DNA from: Eledone cirrhosa
Taxonomy: Eukaryota
Direction: 5' to 3'
Assembly: GCA_964016885.1 (NCBI GenBank)
Contig: OZ024742.1
Location: 355,260,001-355,324,000 of the forward strand
Length of the DNA: 64,000 bases
Shown piece by piece: positions 29,277-44,713 of this stretch; position 1 is the stretch's first letter; each line of letters starts with the position of its first letter. A program made the translations under genes and the position numbers. Under the pieces are notes generated by a model. The model saw only the letters and a list, made by a program, of their open reading frames with translations, ran no database searches and was not told the DNA's origin.

Positions 29277-30164
29277 GTCTAGATGGTTGTTCTCTTTAAT
29301 GATATCACAAGTCCAGCTAATTTCTAAGGGTAAGGTTGATTAGGTCAAACCCAGTATTAGACATGTACGTTATTTTATTACCCCCGGGCGGATGAAAGAC
29401 ACAGTTGAGCTTGGCAAGATTTGAATTCAAATTGTAGAGAAACAGAAAAAACACCACAATGACATTTTATCGATGATCTACTAATTTTTCCAATATGTTT
29501 AGCTCTGCATAAAATCCTATATATTATATCGATTGTGCATTACTTTCGCTTCAGCATTAGGGGCCTGTATCATGTTGCTATCCCTGTGTTGTGATGGAAA
29601 TAAATGTAGCTGTTACAAGATGTGGACACAAAGGTTTGATAGACGAGATTCACTATATTTATTTCAATTCACTCTGCGGTTTCACTTCATACATTAAATC
29701 TCTGGGGAAAAGTTCCTTGAAAGAAAAAAATCTGAACTGAAATAACAGATAAACTTAATATACATGATTTAATGTGCTATACCAATACTTACTAATACAA
29801 ATAGTTAAACAAAATAGTTGATACAACTCCAATATTTGTATATATATGTGTGGGGTTCGGGTTTGGGCACAAGGAAAACAAAGTCTATCAACTCTACCCA
29901 GTGCATTACAACTACTTTATTTTATCGACTCCCGTAAGGATGAAACGCAAATATAACCTTGGAAGGATTTCAACTATGATCACAAAAGGGGATATACGGA
30001 TATGTATGGTCCCGTAACTCCTGATGATGTCTTAAAGGGCGTTTCTTCAGCAGAGCCCATCCAGGCGCATGAGTATAGCATATTTTCTTTTTCTATAGAA
30101 AGGTTGAAAGTGAGATAGAGTAAAATGAGAAAGCGATATAGAGGAAGAATCCACGCTATTACTA

Positions 30165-30307
30165 GACCGGTGTTTTTTTTATCGATTTCGAAAGGATGAA
30201 AGGCAAAGTTCACCTCGGCGTGATTTGAACTCATAGAGCAAGGAGCCGGAACGATTACCATAAGGCATTCTATCCGATGTTCTAACGACTCTGCCAATTC
30301 ACCGCCT
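30165..30307 (-). mobile_element. tRNA-derived SINE family 1 (further degenerate minus copies near 29350-29490, 29900-29975, 47995-48070, 48150-48305)
   Basis: Reverse complement ggcggtgaattggcagagtcgttaga..gagttcaaatcacgccgagg..tttgcctttcatcc. Confidence 0.8.
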
Positions 30308-30965
30308 AAATGGGCGTAACACTATGCCATAAAACATGTAGTCCGACGACTACTGATGCAGCCAATCTACCCGCACTATGTGTTAGTTTGAATATTGTAA
30401 ATTACTTCATGTCAAAAATGTGAAATGTTTTGATTTTTCTTTTTTCTTTTTTTTTGTATTCTAATGCAACATAGTGCAGACAAAGTAATTGTCTAATATG
30501 TCCATATCAATTGTTTGGCGAGTTCCATTTTAAGGAGTTCAGTCCATCCATCTAATAATATACAGATATAGGAATTTTGCCAGTGTGCTAATGTAGAATT
30601 TCTACAAAGTTTTTCATGAAATTACGTATACTTACTTCCATTAAAGTCTACAAGGAAATAACTATTTTAAAGGTTACGTATATATTATTAAAATTCCCAC
30701 CAGGAGTAAATATGTTCTGGCCCTTTATTCTGTAACTATGGAACAACAATCAGATTCGGAATTAACTTTCGAAGAAAACACAGTACTGAACTTTAAGAAC
30801 CCCAATTCAAATTAAATATCTGGCACCAGATAGTAAACTGTAAATTGCATAGGAGAATTGAGAAGTAGATTATTATTGAACATGTTCAATCTAAATCTGT
30901 ATCCACAAGTTCTATCCATGTAGTCATTAAAGCGAAACGTATTTTCAATTTAGTAAAATATGTTT

Positions 30966-31545
30966 GGAGGCGCGTGGCCTTGTGGTGAAATAGTTGGACA
31001 TACGATCATAATGTTGTCGGTTCGAGTCCAAGGCTGAGTAGTGTGTGATGTTCTTGAGCAAAACAATTCATTTCACATTGCTCCAGTATACTAAGCTGAA
31101 AATGAGTACCAGCAATACCTGGGGGTTTAAACCTGTGATGGACTGGCATCCTCACTAGTGGGGAGTCTTCTACTCTCAGTCGCTTCTCGGCATGCAACCG
31201 GGATAAGCACCGGCCTGGCGTGCCTCCTGGCTACAAGCAGACATTAAACTATGTGTTTGAAGGCACGTCGACGTGTGGTAAGGGTGGTGGACTGACATCA
31301 TAATGTTGTGAGTTATATTCCAAGGACGGGTAGTGTGTTGTGTTCTTGAGCAAAACAATTCATTTTCCGTTGCTCCAGTATACCCACTGTGATGTTTTGG
31401 AGCAAAACAATTCATTTCACAATGCTCCAGTATACTAAGCTGAAAATGAGTACAAGCAATAACTGGAAGTCTCACCCTGTGATGGACTGGTGTCCTCTCC
31501 AGGGTAAGCTCTTTTACTCCCAGTCACTTCATACCACGAAACCGA
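30966..31545 (+). mobile_element. Two tandem tRNA-derived SINEs, family 2 (CORE/Meta/V-domain-like body)
   Basis: A-box gtggccttgtgg, B-box ggttcgagtcc, body gttcttgagcaaaaca..ttgctccagt..aaatgagtac..cctgtgatggactgg; second copy from 31259; minus copy ~48480-48618. Confidence 0.8.
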
Positions 31546-31549
31546 TATA

Positions 31550-32636
31550 TCTCAACACACAACCCAAGAAATGCGGAAGCTTACGACACTATTCACAATA
31601 ACATCCCACTACTAAAACAAAACCCAAGAATGAAAAAAGCCCTTGAAACACACAAAATAATCAAAAGCAAAAGACAACCAAAATCACTGAAAACATTACT
31701 CACCAATGCCAAATTACCTACCACAAACCCACAACCAAGTATCAAAAAATGTGGTCGCTCTAATTGTGGAACCTGCACTCACCTCATTGACGGCAACACG
31801 TATATATTTAAATCAGGACAAAATTTTACTGTAAAAAATCACTTCACTTGCTCATCAAACAATCTACTTTATGCCATTAAATGTAAAGGATGCAATGAGA
31901 TTATATAGGACAAACTAAACTCACACTCAGAAACAGAATGACAGTTCATCGCCAACAATTACGAGATCCAACCACGAGACACATACCACTAAGTGCACAT
32001 CTAGACATTTGCGCAAGTAATAAGACACCCAAATTCCAAGTCTTTCCATTTTACCTTTGCGCTAACAATGCAACAGAACCAATGCGAATAAATAAGGAAA
32101 ATATGTTTATTCAAAAATATAGACCAACATTAAATAAGGTTTAATATACATTATGTCAACACCACAATATGACATACACACACGCACACATAACACCTTC
32201 TACTTTAGAAAATAAAAACCCGAACTAAATAAACCTTAACATACGTTTGCACTGGCAATACAACAGCAAACACGAAAAAGTAAGGAAAATATGTTCATTC
32301 AAAAATATTCCTACTAAAGGAATCACTTTCCTACACACACACATACACACACACACACAATATATATATATATATATATATATTCTCTTCATCTTAACAT
32401 GCTAACCATACTCCCACACACATAACACCCATACACACACATAACAAACCCCCACACCTACAACTCCCTCCCCATTTCTACTAATAGAACCACTTTCCTA
32501 CACACATATATAAATACACACACACAAAATATATATTCTCTCCATCTTAACATACTCGCACACACACACATAACACCCATATACACACATACATTACTCC
32601 CTCTCCAATCTCTACTAATAGAATCATCTTCCAATA

Positions 32637-32675
<39 letters not shown>

Positions 32676-33362
32676 ACACACAAGCACACAAATAAACATA
32701 CATATCTTCAGTCTCAATAGAAAATCTGAACTCTGACACCCCGGCGAGCTGGCCATATTCACTGAACCAGAACATTTCTCCCAATCCCTTTTCTCTTGAC
32801 CACTATCTCTCCATTGTCATAACATTCACTATAAAGACTACAGAATAGGTTTCCAAATAAGGGCGCAGAAATGTAATAAAAACTTGTTCACGTGACAGCC
32901 AAAATTCATTTATAACCAACCAAAAAAAAGCCTTCGTGAGCCTCCATTTTTCAAGTATAAAGAAATTCAAACAGTCATATATGAAAAAACAACCTGTGAC
33001 ACCCCCCCCCCCCTCTCTTATTTGAAGAACTATTGTAACGCGAACTGGCGCGAAATTTATTATAATTATTGACAAACCAATCAAATTACTTCTCGAAAAA
33101 CCTGGATTTCGAGCCACTTTTTCCATATAAAACATGTAACATTCAGAGACCAACCAGATGTGAGAAAAACCACAGACCCTCCATCTCAACTCACATTTTG
33201 AAAAGCAGAAGAACTGCGAAACCGGTAAAGGAACCAAATAAATATATATATTTTAAAAAAAAATAAGACTTCAGTTGCATTTTCGATTTCATCTCTTTAT
33301 CTCTATACTTTCACTCGTGTAGGACACCTCGGTTATTTTTCATTTTGTAAAAAAAACCTCAC

Positions 33363-33370
<8 letters not shown>
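31550..33370 (+). mobile_element. PLE 3' portion (family D): Cys linker, GIY-YIG endonuclease and long 3' UTR
   Basis: KCGRSNCGTCTHL, FTCSSNNLLYAIKCKGC, frameshift then YIGQTKLTLRNRMTVHRQ, KENMFIQKYRPTLN; 3' terminus recurs at 60234-60335 and inverted at 63400-63510. Confidence 0.85.
33196..33229 (+). ncRNA. Minimal hammerhead, U3-A8 variant, in PLE family D 3' end
   Basis: UU-UUGAAAA-GCAG-aagaa-CUGC-GAAA-CCGG-UA-AA; palindromic helix III ACCGGU; short helix I; degenerate minus copy ~63445-63476. Confidence 0.6.
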
Positions 33371-33436
<66 letters not shown>

Positions 33437-33970
33437 AGAGCAGAGAGGGAGATTAAGAGAAAGAGAGAGAGGGAGATATGTAAAATCTCGACCACTTACA
33501 TTGAGTGATCCCATGATTTGTAGTCTCCTCTTTCTCAGCATGGTAGAATATATCTATATGTTATTGGACATAAATCGAGGTTGTAGCCGCAATATCGCAG
33601 GTACGAATCGAATTGTTTGAGGAATCGTGTGTGTGTGTGTGTGGTTGTGTATATGTGTGTGTGTGTGTATGTGCGTTTGTGTGTTTATGCATGGGTATTT
33701 ACATGTAAATAATTATAACAGAAGTATTCCTTTACTTGAGACCTACCCATCTTACTTTACTCACAAGAATTTGTCACTATGAAACCATTAAATATAATTC
33801 ATATCCATATCTGTTAATTTATTATCACCTGTTTCTCCTATTTGGAATACCCGACGCCAAAACAGACATATCATTGCAGGCAACAGAGTAATGTTTAATC
33901 TTTAGTTTTAGTATAGGCGGGAGTGATCACATATGTTTGGTTATCAATACCGTTCGTTCCGACGTTGAAG

Positions 33971-36034
<2,064 letters not shown>

Positions 36035-36199
36035 GTTCTTCCCGTTAAGGGTGAAAGCAGCAATTCTTTGCTTAAAATTTAATCTGTTATTTTAATAATT
36101 GTTTGCTCTATGGTTCTCATATATTTGATATTTATTTATCCTTATCGAGCCTTCTTATAATGTTAGTCTTCACATTTATTATTATTACTATATATGTAA

Positions 36200-36388
36200 G
36201 GGCGGTGGATTGGCAGTATCGGTAGAGGGTCGGACGCCATGCTTTCCAGCATAGTTACGTCCCTTTACCATCTGAGTTCAAATCCCGCCGAGGTTGACTT
36301 TGCCTTTCATCCTTACGGGGTCGATAAAATAAAGTACCAGTAATGCACTGGTAATTGCTGGCCTTGTGCCTAAAGTAGAAACAATTAT
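36200..36388 (+). mobile_element. tRNA-derived SINE family 1
   Basis: A-box-like tggcagtatcgg, B-box gagttcaaatcc, 3' ggggtcgataaaataaagtaccagt. Confidence 0.88.
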
Positions 36389-36429
<41 letters not shown>

Positions 36430-36699
36430 AGTGTGTGTGTGCGCGTACACTATTGTATATAGTTTTCAGTCATATTCATTACTTTAATGCGGATACGCTT
36501 TATCCTCACGCTCTCAGATGGTGAAAGATTTTCTAGCGACTGGGGAAGTTTCTGTTCGAAAGTCACTGTCCTGAAATAAATATAATACAAATGGACACCC
36601 AATTTATGAAATATGACAGCGATGTGATGAGATGACACAAATACTCTGTCTCTATATCTCATTATGAGAAACGACTAGAAGCATATCGATATCGTTGTT

Positions 36700-37022
36700 G
36701 GGTCATTTTGCTATTTTGTTCGCAGCATTATTATATGTATTAACGTGATAGATGTTGACCCACAATCAAATCAGCTGGCTTTGACCTTCCCAGAATGCAA
36801 TTGGTGTCCTTTAATCGGATACACACTACAAATGTCATCACAGCCCATCATCTGCTGTGGGGACCCTGAAAAGATAGTACAGCATGTTATTCGAAATTGC
36901 ACACTAGATGTTTTCCTGGTGGCCTGGAGGCAATCTATAACGCATCAGATGACCCCTTGTTCTGCCTCACCTGTCTAAAACTGCCATTGTAATTATTGTG
37001 CATATGCCATATGACAAGATGT
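36700..37022 (+). mobile_element. Possible LINE 3' remnant (zinc-knuckle region)
   Basis: CCGDPEKIVQHVIRNC resembles the CCHC knuckle at LINE ORF2 C-termini. Confidence 0.35.
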
Positions 37023-38713
37023 TCTGAGTCCACAATAATTGATTATTTATTTCAGCTTTCCTGTGTCAATATAAACAATACGGTAGACATATTGTTTAAG
37101 CCGAGTTTTACACCCTTGAGGCAAATATAGAAACCAATATTCGTGTATATGTAAACGGAATATATTTACATTGACCAAGGCTTTCTTGTATATAATTGCA
37201 TAATTATAAATATGATATGTCCAAAAGGAAAATATTTTCCTCTCCATGCTTCCTTCAGTAAAATAGCTTTTGTTCCAATGGTATTTCTTATATTCTAAAT
37301 ATCTATTGTTCACTGGAAGGGTATTGTTACTAGTTTCTTTTTATCCGTCAGATTACTGCTCTTCCCTACCGCATCTCAACGAATGGATCATTATTTTGTT
37401 GATGATCATGCAGTACGTACAGCAACTATTTACACTAAATGTGCAAGTTTTTCTGTTACTATTGTCGCTTATATTATTAACGAAGTTCTTGTTTTTGTTT
37501 CATAGATAATCGTAGAATTCAGAAAGACCTATTGAATTATAAAGTTCTATGACAATGTCAACAATTATAAGTGATCGTGCTGCTTGTCTTTTCCATTACA
37601 GTAATGTTAGTTTTCCATTGTAATTCAACTCCATCACCAAATTCAGTTACTCTCTAGTTGTCAATCCAACTTAAAACGAGTGCAATATGACTTTATTGTA
37701 TTTATAATTGTTGTTACTTTTGCAAAACCAACAGATTCTATTCTCTTTCGTTCTGAATTCAATTATCAACTAAAGAATTGTTTATTCGATGAATACTCAA
37801 AAGGATAGGAAATAATTGGACAAGCATGAAATGACAACAACAAAAGTTGTTTTTATTCGTCTGAGATTTTGTCTGTGTTTATGCCACGATGATAAATGAT
37901 TTGCTATTGCGAGAGTATGGCTTTCATTTTGGGACGTATTTCCAATTCGGAGACTTAAATAAAACTAATATTTACCTAGTGAGCGTAAACGACAAACACA
38001 ACTCCAATCACACAAAGGCGTATTTCAATATGGTCGCCGTGTCGCTTCTCTGAATAAATAGAAAGCATCATACACATGTCAGGAATACTTGCCATCTGAT
38101 ATACCAAACAAGACATAGATAATAGTTTTCCAATATCAAAATTGTTAAGTTCTAATGAATCTGATTCGTTCATCAGTTCACTCAAATTCGAAACAGATAC
38201 ATACAATTTTTTATTTGCAATTTTGTTGACAAGCCATTCACTACAACATTAATACAAAATATTTGTTTGTACTCTGTGTTCCATATACGTTATGACGACC
38301 ATAGATTGTGGAAATATTTCTCAAAAGGATAATGTTGATTAAAATAAGAATAGTTAGATCATTAGTTTTATAAATAACGTGAACTGAAAAACTATTGAAT
38401 TAATAACGAAATTAGCTCCGCTCTAGCATAGCGGATAATATGGTTTTAAATTAGGGATTTTGCAAAATATGTGTGTGAGCAAGAAAAATCCCCTTAAGTA
38501 GCCACATAGCAAATTGTGCATGAATGACACTACCCAACTTAAAAATCTCCCCCCTTTACAAATGCCCTGATTCTTTCACTCAAGGACGAAGGATAAATAA
38601 AGCAAAGCTATTTAACAACATTAAACCAAAATTAAAAATATAATCACCCCCAATAGATTAACTCTCTCTCCCACACACACACGCACACACACATACACAC
38701 ACATACACACACG

Positions 38714-38786
<73 letters not shown>

Positions 38787-39590
38787 ACAGAGTGAAATAA
38801 GAGAGAAAACATTGCTCATACACACATTTTCCGAAAAATTCCTGATTGAAGACCACCGCTGGTGCTCTGCACTGTTTTTTTTTACATTTCCCACCACAAA
38901 GGGATCTGTGACAGGCAGACTGGAGCACACACACACCATACTCCCCGCCTACACACATGTGTGTGTATTTTCATATATACACTCTCACACTACGCACACT
39001 CTATAAAACCATATTCCAAAAATAAAATTTCTTTAACAAACATAATGTTAGCAATCCCATAGAATTTGTCTCTAGCTTACAATCCCCCCTCACCACCCCC
39101 TTCTGAAATATTCACCAGTCCATTAACACAATTGAGATACAGACATATATTTACAGAATATTTAATTTGTCACTAAAAACAATTTTGTTCTGTGAAGAAA
39201 CACACCTAGCACCACTGCTGCTGCTACTCCCAAGAGTTCATTCTCCAGTCTCCTTCCCAACAGGGAATGAACAAAACTTACCTCTTAATTTTAAATCTTA
39301 AATTCTTAGTTTTTAATTCTTATTAGTTCTTTTCAGTGTAATATTCAACACTTGATAAGATGGATTTTACTAATACATCGAAACCGGTCATACATCATAT
39401 ACTTCATATACATTATAAAACTTGTCCCTCTCCTTTTTTCAAAAATGTCACTTAGACGAATCAGAGAAAGGAAAAAAAGTAAAACAAACCCTAAAATATA
39501 TTTTACGTGTTATTTCCAACTTCACCTACCTCTCTCCCTCTCTCTCTCTCTTTTTCTCTTACTCTATCTCTTTATCTCCCTTTCACTCTC

Positions 39591-39694
<104 letters not shown>

Positions 39695-40039
39695 TATATA
39701 TATGAAAGACGTAAAATAAGAACATTATTAAAATTAACTTACTAAAATGTTCACTCCAACTAATTAGATTCTGTAAGGGAATAAATATAGTTACGCAACG
39801 CAACTATAGAGAAATCCTTACGTCATCAGGGAGTCTATCCTCAGCTAAGTTCCCAGGCAATGCGTGGACACAAGGAACTCAAATAAAAATAATTCAGTGG
39901 ATCGAAAAAAGCGAGCGGGGACTAGATTCCAGGACGCTGAAAAAATTCACTGCCTTCTTGGTCAGTGCCAAATTCTAAAGAATCAATCACGTGACACTGA
40001 GATTAATCAGTGAGGAGTGGGGTGTTAATAAGACAAGAG

Positions 40040-40262
40040 CCTGTTATTATTGGTTCTAACCAGAGCTCTGTGTCTAGTACAGGTAATCGATGGTTGGGGT
40101 GTTTGCTTGGGTAGTCCATAGTAATTTTAATACTCTGGTGTATGGAGTTAGGTATTTGCTGGATGATTTCCAAGGTGTTTTTCTCTAATTCCTGACTGTT
40201 CTCTAGTGGGTTTTTTTACTACGATGTTTATATCATCAACGTAGCGAGGGGACATGTTCTGG
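40040..40262 (-). pseudogene. PLE reverse transcriptase fragment
   Basis: RYVDD at 40232-40246, followed in another frame by MDYPSKHPNHRLPVLDTELWLE (40119-40054). Confidence 0.7.
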
Positions 40263-40265
40263 GTT

Positions 40266-41147
40266 AGCCGTACTAAGAGTGAGAAATGAAATTTAATGTT
40301 TTCCATATATATGTATAAATGGAGAAAAATAAATTTCATTTCTTTACTCTTAGTACGGCTGATACTTAAATATCAGTATGTATACGTGTATACATATATC
40401 GATACAAACGCACAGTAGTATGCATACACATACATAAATGCACACAGATACTGTATATATATGTACCGAAAAAGATAAATGGGAAAAAATGAAGTTTCAT
40501 TTCTCACTCATAGTACGGCTCATACTTAAATATAAGTATGTATACGTACATACATAGACGTATACATACGTACAGTAGTATGTATATACTTACATACATG
40601 CACACATCTATATATGTACGTATGGGTTTACCGAACATTTATTATAATGTTCGGTTTGTTTGTAAATAAATAATCCCGAATTAAGCCGTACAGTGTTGGG
40701 CAACCATCGTTGCCCTTTTGTTCAACACTGACAAAGGAACGATGAACAAGTTTCTAGCTTATTATATGTCATCGGCACCGTATACCTTCCTGTCAGTCGA
40801 TTGAACGTTTGAAAGTATATAATTTCCTTATGGATATTAACGTCTGAGCAGCTTAACATGCATACCGAGTTAGTTAGTCGGCCGGGCGTACCGAAAATGA
40901 TAAATGGAAAAAAATGAAATTTCATTTCTCACTCTTAGTACGGCTGTTAGTTAAATATAAGTATGTATACGTACATACATATATGTATACATACGTACAG
41001 TAGTATATATATACATACATACATGCACACATATATATATATTGATGATAGGACTGGGATCCTATCATGGAATTACGCAAGAGACATCCTACCAGATATA
41101 CATTGGAGGAGGCCAGCTAAACCTGAAATGGTGGGAGCTCTCTCTCT

Positions 41148-41202
<55 letters not shown>

Positions 41203-41322
41203 GTATGGGTTTACCCCACATTTATTATAATGTACGATTTGTTTGTAAACAAACATCCGGAATTAAGCCGTACAGTGTCCGGCAACAATCGTTGCGCTTA
41301 TGTACGTATGGTAAACCCATTC

Positions 41323-41369
<47 letters not shown>

Positions 41370-41435
41370 CATGTATTTATGTATATACATACTACTGTAC
41401 GTCTGTATACATATATGTATGTACGTATACATACT
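40266..41435 (-). mobile_element. Diverged, rearranged relatives of the 471-bp HHR unit
   Basis: Shared blocks tttcatttctcactcttagta, ttgttcaacactgaca, gcaccgt; degenerate HHR (CCGAUGA core) at ~40738-40781; fold-back at 40266-40360; another fragment at ~43163-43228. Confidence 0.8.
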
Positions 41436-41573
41436 TATATATATATATATATATACACCTATTTTAATGAATTCCCTTTTCTTTCAACCAATGGCCTGCA
41501 CCGATCCCACTCCCCACCCTATCCTACCACCTGTAAATATATAAATACCACTACATTTATTTTTGGAAAGCCA

Positions 41574-41624
41574 GATTCCTGAATAATTCTAAAGAATGAA
41601 CCAGTTCTAGTTCTGTAGAATATC
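41574..41624 (+). ncRNA. Degenerate hammerhead, homolog of 46483-46533
   Basis: AUUC-CUGAAUA-AUUC-uaaa-GAAU-GAAC-CAG-uucuaguu-CUG-UA-GAAU; helices kept, core mutated. Confidence 0.55.
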
Positions 41625-41716
41625 ATCTATATTAACAATTTTATACTCTGCTATGTATTGAGTACCTTACTTACTGTGCTTACCTCCGATTCAACCCGGA
41701 ATAACTGACCTATATA

Positions 41717-41781
<65 letters not shown>

Positions 41782-42202
41782 TTCTGTGTTTGTCTACATA
41801 TATAAACGACGTTGGGACGTTATCAAAACGGCCCTTTCTTTTTTTTACTAAAACATAACTCTATAAGTTCATACTCTTATAAATATATCAGGAAAGCGAA
41901 ACTCCTACCAATTTAATATTCAAATATTTAAATATATGGAAAAGGTTTTCAATAAAATATTGTACATATGAGAAACAAAGAATAAAAACAGGAAGGGTGA
42001 AGGAAGGGAAATACAATGAAGACGATATCAGATGCGAAAGCAGATTTCTTGAATATTAATGCAAAACAGTGGGATGGGGAAGAGAGAGATAAGTTGAAAC
42101 AAACAAAAGTAAAAAAGGGAGGCTGAAGAGATAATGGAGATGTGGCAATTTAATTATCTAATGGTGTAGGTTATATAAGCAGTAACGTCATAGGTGTGTG
42201 TG

Positions 42203-42262
<60 letters not shown>

Positions 42263-42339
42263 TATATATATATATATATATATATCGTTTCTGAATTTGT
42301 TTAGCAAGATTCTTTATCTGAAAACGTGTGTTGAAACCG

Positions 42340-42845
42340 ATATTGTTATACTTTGGGAGGGTGATGTTGCCAATAAGAAACACACGCACCAATTGCTTTC
42401 ACTTCAATTTATTATAATGCATTAATAAATTTAGGAATTTAAATATTCACGATTGGTTGGTTGGTTCCACAACCAGATGGTTGTTTATATATTGTCAAAG
42501 TTCTCTCGTCACACATTATGTGACCTCTTCAGTGACTGGGATTATTTTCTTTGTTTTGTGTGCCTCTCCTTTGTTCTGTCCTACGCCATCTTGAATAAAC
42601 AAGATGGCGTAGGACAGAACAAAGGAGAGGCACACAAAACAAAGAAAATAATCCCAGTCACTGAAGAGGTCACATAATGTGTGACGAAAGAACTTTGACA
42701 ATATATAAACAACCATCTGGTTGTGGAACCAACCAACCAATCGTGAATATATAAATTCCTAAATTTATTAATGCATTATAATAAATTGAAGTGAAAGCAA
42801 TTGATGCGTGTGTTTCTTATTGGCAACATGACCCTCCCAAAGTAT

Positions 42846-42853
<8 letters not shown>
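42340..42853. repeat. 514-bp palindrome made of two head-to-head family B pseudo-LTRs
   Basis: Centre cgccatcttg-aataaa-caagatggcg (~42596); HHR plus at 42657-42699 (CUGAAGA..GAAA) and minus at ~42494-42536 (GAGA variant). Confidence 0.93.
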
Positions 42854-42896
<43 letters not shown>

Positions 42897-42897
<1 letters not shown>

Positions 42898-43087
42898 AAC
42901 GGAGGAAATGTGGTAAAGAACTAGGTGGACCATAACGCACCAAAGTACTCAATACTTAGTGTAGTAGAGTGGGTAATAGGAACGAGGAGGACCCAACGTG
43001 TGAGCTCAAGCCGTTTCGACGGCTAATTCTGAGTCCAGAATTAGCCGTCGAAACGGCTTGAGCCCAGCCGTCGGGGTCGTACTCGTT

Positions 43088-43092
<5 letters not shown>
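42897..43092. repeat. Fold-back repeat (family E) containing the 3' half of a hammerhead
   Basis: gctcaagccgtttcgacggctaattct-gagtcc-agaattagccgtcgaaacggcttgagc; relatives at ~3121-3195 and 46553-46803. Confidence 0.75.
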
Positions 43093-43127
<35 letters not shown>

Positions 43128-43250
43128 TATACATATATATATATATATATGTATATGGAATAGAATGAAACGAATTTTCATTTCTCACTCTTAGTACAGC
43201 ACTTACTTAAATGTAAGTATGTATGTATCTATGTATCATTATCTATAAAA

Positions 43251-43826
43251 GGGCGGTGGATTGGCAGTATCGGTAGAGGGTCTGACGCTATGCTTTGCAG
43301 CAAAGAGTAACGCCCCTTTATGGTTTGAGTTCAAATCCCGCCGAGGTTAACTTTGCCTTTCATCCTTACGGGGTCGATAAAATAAAGTACCAGTAATGCA
43401 CTGGATAATTGCTGGCCTTGTGCCAAAAGTAGAAACAATTATCTATAAAAGGGCGGTGGATTGGCAGTATCGGTAGAGGGTCGGACGCCATGCTTTCCAG
43501 CATAGTTACGTCCCTTTACGATCTGAGTTCAAATCCCGCCGAGGTTGACTTTGCCTTTCATCCTTACGGGGTCGATAAAATAAAGTACCAGTAATGCACT
43601 GGGTAATTGCTGGCCTTGTGCCTAAAGTAGAAACAATTATCTATATAAGGGCGGTGGATTGGCAGTATCGGTAGAGAGTCGAACACCATGCTTTGAAGCA
43701 TAGAGTTACGTCCCTTTATGATCTGAGTTCAAATCCCACCGAGGTTAACTTTGCCTTTCATCCTTACGGGGTCGATAAAATAAAGTACCAGTAATGTACT
43801 GGGTAATTGCTGGCCTTGTGCCTAAT
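43251..43826 (+). mobile_element. Tandem trimer of SINE family 1
   Basis: Units start at 43251, 43451 and 43649, each with A/B boxes. Confidence 0.92.
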
Positions 43827-43859
43827 ACAGAACACACAACTACAAAAGGTAGATTGTTG

Positions 43860-44713
43860 TTGTTGTGCGTGTGTGCATGTTCCATGTTTATACATTTGCA
43901 GAATTCTACACCAATTCGACTTAATGTCTGTAAGAAGTTTGTAAATGGTCCAACTTAGGCCAACGACTATTTATTTCATTCAAACATACCCGCAATTATG
44001 GAAATAATCGATAAAACATGAAGCATTATCCCCTCTAATAGAATCTGATAACCCTCTCTACTCCCCTTAAAATTCGACAAAACTACGTACATGCTTACAA
44101 ACTTCATTTAGGAACGCCGGAGAGAGAGAAGAGAGTGAGAGGGAGAGAGAGCGAAGATTTGTTTTTGAGTGTGGAACTGCCAAACATTTATTTACTTCAA
44201 TGACAAAGAGAAGTTATTACATTTTCTACGAAACAACAATTATTCAAAAGCAAAAGTGAAATGTATTCAACAACAAAAAAAATATCGATAAATCTTTTTT
44301 AAAACCTCTCTAGGAACGTGGAAGAAAGAAGTATCAGTTTATTTACTATACACAATAATATACTCTATGAGGTCACTAAACCTGCTAGAAACAGCAGCTA
44401 ACTCTCCCCCATATCACACCACTCCCTACTGTCTTAAATTTAGAAAACACACATTAGACAACCATGCAGAACAACTCCATCGCAGCTCTGTTTTTCGGCT
44501 GGCATCGTCTACGCGCGTGTTGCGCAAGTACTGTGAAAAAATAAATTTCAACACTTCTTTGCACAGAGTTAATATCCATAGGCGAAACAACAATTGTCAC
44601 TGCTGACGCAGCTCCTGCTTCGGCAGTCCAGGTTGCAATTCATTCACCCAGTGCCTGGCAGACAAAAAAAGTGCTGCCATAAAATGTGTGGTGCAACCTA
44701 ACTGTGGTAACTA
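43860..44713 (+). mobile_element. Second copy of the unclassified non-coding repeat at 21938-23070
   Basis: Extended homology ending gtggtgcaacctaactgtggtaact. Confidence 0.8.

Noticed and set aside
30021-30050. CTGATGA and antisense CTGAAGA around a short hairpin
   Set aside because: No correctly placed GAAA or helix III on either strand
36200-36290. tRNA gene
   Set aside because: A/B boxes are present but there is no cloverleaf; it is the head of a multi-copy SINE
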